From the NCBI RefSeq assembly GCF_009914755.1, contig NC_060926.1: a stretch of 64,000 bases of DNA; one strand, written 5' to 3'. Made by a program: the position numbers and the translations under genes. Source of the stretch: the human T2T-CHM13v2.0 reference genome, Homo sapiens. The notes below the pieces were generated by a model. That model did not search any database. It was not told where the DNA came from and saw nothing but the letters and a program-made list of their open reading frames with translations. The stretch's first letter is position 1, and each line of letters opens with the position of its first letter. Positions 53,462-64,000 of this stretch are shown here, piece by piece.

Positions 53462-54919
53462 ATTAAAATCTGACTGGATTCCTCGGAAAAAAATAATAGT
53501 GCATTTGCTTTCCATTAAATTTTCTGAAGGACATAAATGTTTTTATCTGCTATGATGAGTTACCTGAATGTCATGCCATAATACAACATGACAACACTTA
53601 ACCTGGAGTAATTCAGCATGACAACATTTGTGGGGAAAGAATTTCAAGTATTTTAGATTGATTTACCATATTAGCAAGTGTTGCATGGAATTTGCTACAG
53701 CCTCTCAAGTTTAAAGGCATTAAATGTCACATGATTTCGGTGCATCCCTAACACCAAATACCAGCTCTCATAGAGTTACACTGAGGAGAAGCCACCATGG
53801 ATCAGCCAACTACAATCTCCTGGTGTCTGACAGACTGGGATTTTATACAAGCTTTGTGGGGTATCCCTTCACATGTTTGGAGGCAGGAGGCAAGAATCAT
53901 TCTTTCTCTCTGCACACATAGGCAGCTGTGCCACAGGGCACAGTTGGGTGGGAATATACTGTAGACCTGTAGCCACACTACAAGTGATATTGAGATGACA
54001 ACTTGTACTGCAGTCCTCCCTGTGAGCTCAGACAGACTTCATTGTGAAGTGTCCAGCACACGGACTTAGCATGTGGTGAACATGATTGTCAATTTGGGGG
54101 GCAGCCTCTGAAGTTACAAGGAATGAAAACATTCTCAGCATCTGAACTTAAGCCTTGTGGAAGAAAACAGACTGAGAGAGGGGCCCTGGAGCCAGCACCT
54201 CACTGGCCCCCAAATAGGCTATTGATCTCATTTTGTGTGGTTGTTTTTCATCATTTTTTAAATTATAAAGTAATATTTGAATGCATGATTGTTGTAAACA
54301 CCTCAAACAATACAGAGGTCTAGAGAATGAAAAGAAATCCCTGTGCACCACCAGCTCCTCGCACAATTTCACTTTTATCCCCAGAGTTAATACCTATTGT
54401 TTTGCAAATGTTTTACTTTGGGGCTAAGCCTACACATTTCATCTTAATATAACCAAATGGCTTAATGATTCTTATAATGGAACTCATTCGTAATTGAAAA
54501 TCCTATTATATCTATTATATCTCCATCGTATTACATGTCCCTATTAAGCCCTTGTTACAATTATTTTATTAGTAACTCTTGAAATACATTACCCCAGGTT
54601 AGAGCAACGCATGTAATCCAAGAAGGACAGCTCTTTCTTAATGTTTAAAATGTTCTGATTGCCCATAGAGAGTTGCTATGTTTTTTTAATCGGTGGATTG
54701 AAAAATAGCAATAACAAAAATGTACAATGAAGTTGACAACACTTTTAAATAAATTAGTATTTTTTTATCACAAAGGTATATATTCACATTGGAAAAAATA
54801 ATAGTACCTACACATGTGTTATTTAGGCTGCAAAAAATGATTGATGTGCAGATGGATTGTGAGGTAACTTGAGGAAATTAATTAATTCATCACTGCTGAC
54901 AATGTTCATTTGACCCTAA

Positions 54920-54922
<3 letters not shown>

Positions 54923-54964
<42 letters not shown>
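54923..54964. repeat. (AC)21 microsatellite
   Basis: Direct reading. Confidence 0.97.
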
Positions 54965-54966
<2 letters not shown>

Positions 54967-55852
54967 CTTGGTTGGGCTGGGGAATGGTTTCAGAATACAG
55001 AAACTTTCCATCAAACAGGAAAGTCTACTTAGAGCCAATCCTTAAAAAAATTGTGGTGAGGCAACAGTGCACTAAACAAGATGGCTAAATGGGTCATCAT
55101 TTAATTTTTAGATACTTATGCATTTTGAAGAACAAATAGACTTCCTATTCCAAAATAGCTCAATTATGTTTTGATTGCAACATCAGATTTTCCAAGGATC
55201 TTGGATCTCAAATACTGTAATCATTTATACATAAATTGATCATTACTTTACAAAAATAAAAACTTGCTGTGGCAGTGGTATAGTGTGGGCATATGTGGAG
55301 TTTTCTGTCGTCCCTGAGATTTCACAATAGGCGTAGCTCTATTGTTTTTGGAAAACATGTTGTTGGATTCTGGATGATTTAAGGCATCTGCAGTCTTCCA
55401 GGTAAGGAAGAGGAGAAATATGCTGGTGCTGTGACTCTGCAGAGCCGCATCAAAACAGGGTCTTGTATGTAGCAGCTCACCCATCCCTTTGACCTTTAGC
55501 AGATGGTTTTCCTGTGCGTACTTGGCATCACTGGCTTCCTGAGCAAAAGCCTCATAAATGAAAGAACATTCAGTCCATTTATCCAAAACTCTCCTAAGGA
55601 ATACTTTTTTTTATATAAAGTACACTCTTACTGACCCATTCACACTCTCGTTCTGTCACACACAGCACAATCCTATTGAGTAGTGAGCAGTTCTAGGGTA
55701 GGCATTTAGCCCCATGAAAGAGTTGTATTTTACGTTAATGGAGGCATATTTCACAGGTCCTTTTGTATTTATGACGACTTTTTTCCAGGGGAATATGTAT
55801 TGCACGAAGTATACACATATTTGCCCTGATTTATGACTCTTCTCAAAATGTC

Positions 55853-56132
55853 TTTTGAGATGGAGTCTCACTCTGCTGCCCAGGCTGGAGTACAGAGGCG
55901 TGATCTCGGCACACTGCAACCTCCCGGGTTCAAGACATTCTCCTGCCTCAGACTCCCAAGTAGCTGGGATTACAGGTGGGCACCACCACGTCCAGCTGAT
56001 TTTTGTATTTTTAGTAGAGACGAGATTTCACCACGTTGCCCAGGCTGGTCTCAAACTCCTGACTTCAAGTGATCTGCGAGCCTCGGCCGCCCAAAGTGCT
56101 GGGATTACAGGCATGAGCCACCATGCCCAGCC
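55853..56132 (-). mobile_element. AluS lacking a poly(A) tail
   Basis: Full dimer; TSD TCAAAATGTCTTTT / TCAAAATTTCTTTT; only 4 T before the body. Confidence 0.93.
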
Positions 56133-56387
56133 TCAAAATTTCTTTTTTGTTTTGTTTTGTTTTTTTCTTTTTTTTTTTAATTATTATACTTTAAGTTTTA
56201 GGGTACATGTGCACAATGTGCAGGTTAGTTACATATGTATACATGTGCCATGTTGGTGTGCTGCACCCATCAACTCGTCTTTTAACATTAGGTATATCTC
56301 CTAATGCTATCCCTCCCCCTTCTGCCCACCCCAAAACAGGCCCCAGTGTGTGATGTTCCCCTTCCTGTGTCCATGTGTTCTCATTGT

Positions 56388-60186
<3,799 letters not shown>

Positions 60187-60249
60187 TATGATGTTAGCTG
60201 GTTATTTTGCTCGTTAGTTGATGCAGTTTCTTCCTAGCCTCAATGGTCT

Positions 60250-61247
60250 TTACAGTTTGGCATGTTTTTGCAGTGGCTGGTACTTAGTTCTTCCTTCAGG
60301 AGCTCTTTTAGGGCAGGCCTGGTGGTGACAAAATCTCTCAGCATTTGCTTGTCTGTAAAGTATTTTATTTCTTCTTAACTTATGAAGCTTAATTTGGCTG
60401 GATATGAAATTCTGGGTTGAAAATTCTTTTCTTTAAGAATATTGAATATTGGCCCCCACTCTCTTCTGGCTTGTAGAGTTTCTGCAGAGATATCCGCTGT
60501 TAGTCTGATGGGCTTCCCTTTGTGGGTAACCTGACCTTTCTCTCTGGCTGCCCTTAACATTTTTTCCTTCATTTCAACTTTGGTGAATCTGACAATTATG
60601 TGTCTTGGAGTTGCTCTTCTCAAGGAGTCTCTTTGTGGCATTCTCTGTATTTCCTGAATTTGAATGTTGGCCTGTCTTGCTAGATTGGGGAAGCTCTCCT
60701 GGATAATATCCTGCAGCGTGTTTTCCAACTTGGTTCCATTCTCTCCATCACTTTCAGGTACACCAATCAGACGTAGATTTGGTCTTTTCACATAGTCCCA
60801 TATTTCTTGGAGGCTTTGTTTGTTTCTTTTTATTCTTTTTTCTCTAAACTTCTCTTCTTGCTTCATTTCATTCATTTCGTCTTCCATCACTGATACCCTT
60901 TCTTTCAGTTGATCGAATCAGCTACTGAGGCTTGTGCATTCGTCACGTAGTCCTCGTGCCTTGGTTTTCAGCTCCATCAGGTCCTTTAAGGACTTCTCTG
61001 CATTGGTTATTCTAGTTAGCCATTCGTCTAATCTTTTTTCAAGGTTTTTAACTTCTTTGCCATGGGTTCGAAATTCCTCCTTTAGCTCGGAGTAGTTTGA
61101 TCGTCTGAAGCCTTCTTCTCTCAACTCGTCAAAGTCATTCTCTGTCCAGCTTTGTTCCATTGCTGGTGAGGAGCTGCATTCCTTTGGAGGAGGAGGGGCA
61201 CTCTGATTTTTAGAGTTTCCAGTTTTTCTGCTCTGTTTTTTCCCTAT
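60250..61247 (-). pseudogene. L1 ORF1p, disrupted
   Basis: LQEIWDYVKRPNLRLIGVPE, ARREWG, YPAKLSF; start codon reads ATA at 61247-61245; frameshifts and premature stop. Confidence 0.96.
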
Positions 61248-64000
61248 CTTTGTGGTTTTATCTACCTTTGGTCTTTGATGATGGTGACGTACAGATGGGG
61301 TTTTGGTGTGGATGTCCTTTGTGTTTGTTAGTTTTCCTTCTAACAGACAGGACCCTCAGCTGCAGGTCTGTTAGAGTTTGCTGGAGGTCTACTCCAGACC
61401 CTGTTTGCCTGGGTATCAGCAGCAGAGGCTGCAGAACAGTGGATATTGGTGAACAGCAGATGTTGCTGCCTGATCATTCCTCTGGAAGTTTTGTCTCAGA
61501 GGAGTACCCAGCCGTGTGAGGTGTCAGTCTGCCCCTACTGGGGGGTGCCTCCCAGTTAGGCTACTCAGGGGTCAGGGACCCACTTGAGGAGGCAGTCTGT
61601 CTGTTCTCAGATGTCCAGCTGCCTGCTGGGAGAACCACTACTCTCTTCAAGGCTGTCAGACAGGGACATTTAAGTCTGCAGAGGATTCTGCTGCCTTTTG
61701 TTTGGCTGTGTCCTGCCCCCAGAGGTGGAGTCTACAGAGGCAGGCAGGCCTCCTTGAGCTGTGGTGGGCTCCACCCAGTTCGAGCTTCCTGGCCGCTTTG
61801 TTTACCTACTCAAGTCTCAGCAATGGCAGGCGCCCCTCCCCCAGCCTCGCTGCCACCTTGCAGTTTGATCTCAGACTGCTGTGCTAGCAATGAGTGAGGC
61901 TCTGTGGGCGTAGGACCCCCTGAGCCACGCGTGGGATATAATCTCCTGGTGTGCGGCTTGCTAAGACCATTGGAAAAGGACAGTATTAGGATGGGAGTGA
62001 CCCGATTTTCCAGGTGCCATCTGTCACCGCTTTGACTAGGAAAGGGAATTCCCTGACCCCTTGCACTTCCTGGGTGAGGTGATGCCTCGCCCTGCTTCGG
62101 CTCACACTCAGTGCACTGCACCCACTGTCCTGTACCCACTTTCTGACACTCTCCAGTGAGATGAACCTGGTACCTCAGTTGGAAATGCAGAAATCACCCG
62201 TCTTCTCTGTGGCTCTCACTGGAAGCTGTAGACTGGAGCTGTTCCTATTCGGCCATCTTGGCTCCACCCTTTGTTTGTTTTTTCATTGAAAGAGAAAAGT
62301 GAACAGATTGGTATTTAGGAGCCAGACAAAGAAGAAGGAACAGATTGACTGCTTAAGGTATCATATCTTTGGGGTTACTGTTGTGCCAAGTTCAATGAAT
62401 ATAGGCAGCAACAGGAATCTTAATATAAATTTTTACTCCAACATTGACCATTCCAGCCATCTGTGTATTACAAAGTACGTCATTGTTTACTACCTAAGTT
62501 TAACATCCAACTAAGCTTGCTAAGCCTCATAGATCCCACTGCATGCCCCACACAAAGAAAACAACACACAGACCCAAAGGCAGCTTATCAGATAATTTTT
62601 AATACAACTCCAGGAAAACTCTGCACATACTGCCCCAAGTTGTCAATTGTTATCTCGGCAGAAAAATAGTTGCTTTTCCTCCTATCTGTCCTGTTAAAAT
62701 GTACAGCTTCCTCCTGAGAAGAAATCAGGTAAAAGTAATAATAGAAGAAGAAAGCAGGAGGATGTAGCTCATTCACTGTGTTCTCAGTACCAGAATGGGC
62801 TGCCTAAACATCAGAGAAGTTCAAGGCAACAAAGAGTGGCAAGCTGTCCAGGTGATGTATTGCTGTGGAGGTAGCAAGAAGTGGCATCCTATATGCTTAG
62901 CCAAGAAGAGATTCTAGATCAAAAAACCTGGAAAAAATAGCATTAATCAAAGTACTGAATAGGTATAAAATTGCATTCATGTCACCTAATTGTAATGAAA
63001 ATTGTAAGCCTTCTTTTACAAACTTATTTCTTGAGTGTCTGACATTCAGATCAAGTTCTTTGGGATCTTCAGTCTACAGGCTTTACCTATCTTTGTTTTC
63101 CAATCAAAGGACTTGTGTTTTTGAGCATGAGTTCTAACCATTTCTCTTTCTACTCATGGCATTTCTAAACTGATTTATCTCACAACTTAGCCAAGGCATG
63201 GGAAACACTTTCACAGCGGCAGATTTAACTCCCTTTTTCTTTTGAAGGTCTACTAAGGAAAATATGTCCAATTTGGAAGTAACAGGTGTGCATTTTCTGT
63301 TCACTTTTTAGTGCTCATCAATAAAAACCTATGGTGAGAAAAGAACTTTATGCTTCAGAGGAAAGGGCACTGTGCTCTTATACTAGGCCTATTGCTTGCC
63401 ATGTACAACTTCAACAAATCTCCTTGATCTTGATCAATTCTCATTCAAGATCTCATTGATCTCATTGATGTTTGCAAAATACAAATCCCCATCTAGTACG
63501 ATTGATTAAGGGCAAAGGGTGGCTTCTTTGTAAGCACCACCTCCCAATCTCCTATCTTCTGGGGGCTGCTGCAGCTTCCCTGTTATGCCTCTCTGGTCAA
63601 TACAGCTGCCAGCATCTGTACCAAATATTCCTGGATATATAATTCCTGGATATATAATGGAGAACCACTTAAGTCAGGAGGAGGATTGTTTTCCCAGCAC
63701 ATATCAGGTCAAGATGCCATCCTTTAAATTAAGAGATACTATTGCTGTTTCAACTGTCTATAGGGCATAATCATTAAGCTCTTGGTTTTGTTTTGCTGTT
63801 TTTCAGTGGTGGTGCTATATGTGTACAGATGTTGGACTATTCTCTCGCCCATTTTCCCTATCAACAGATAACAATATCCATTTCTAAAAAGACTGATCTA
63901 GAACAAAATGCCTATAGAAAAATAAGCAAAAGCAAAACAACTGCCCCCAGATGGTCAGTGTCATTTCTCACTAGAGCTAACTGGCTGCAGAGAGCCTGTG

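Noticed and set aside
63448-63657. Short tandem repeats (GATCTCATT x2; ATTCCTGGATATATA x2), similar ones near 8668 and 51795
   Set aside because: Ordinary slippage duplications with no repeat-spacer structure, so not CRISPR-like
63941-63958. CTCF-like motif CTGCCCCCAGATGGTCAG
   Set aside because: Mismatches in the core; cannot be supported without a PWM scan or ChIP data

Overview
AT-rich primate (human-like) intronic or intergenic DNA. I found no recognisable cellular protein-coding exon, tRNA, rRNA or CRISPR array, and I cannot name the host locus. Interspersed repeats dominate: about 10 Alu copies or monomers (most with visible target-site duplications, TSDs), a full-length but inactivated L1PA4-like LINE-1 (56168-62269, minus), truncated older L1s, a full-length HSMAR2 mariner with TIRs and TA TSDs (18211-19478), hAT MITEs (MER58A, MER20, MER1A, MER5), LTR relics (MLT2B, MLT1K) and MIR/L2 fragments. 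Subfamily calls come from recalled consensus sequences and need RepeatMasker confirmation. The most notable signals not explained by recognised repeats are self-similar structures: a perfect 34-bp inverted repeat with an 8-nt loop (7296-7371); a ~146-bp inverted repeat around a ~255-bp spacer (52914-53461) beside a candidate minus-strand exon; a 112-nt imperfect hairpin just downstream of a TATA/AP-1 cluster (17055-17166); a ~250-bp dispersed direct duplication (968-1216 and 2456-2719); and an ETS/GATA/RUNX motif cluster with a G4 tract and splice donor that may be an alternative promoter and first exon (~4050-4750). None of these demonstrates a new biological system from sequence alone.
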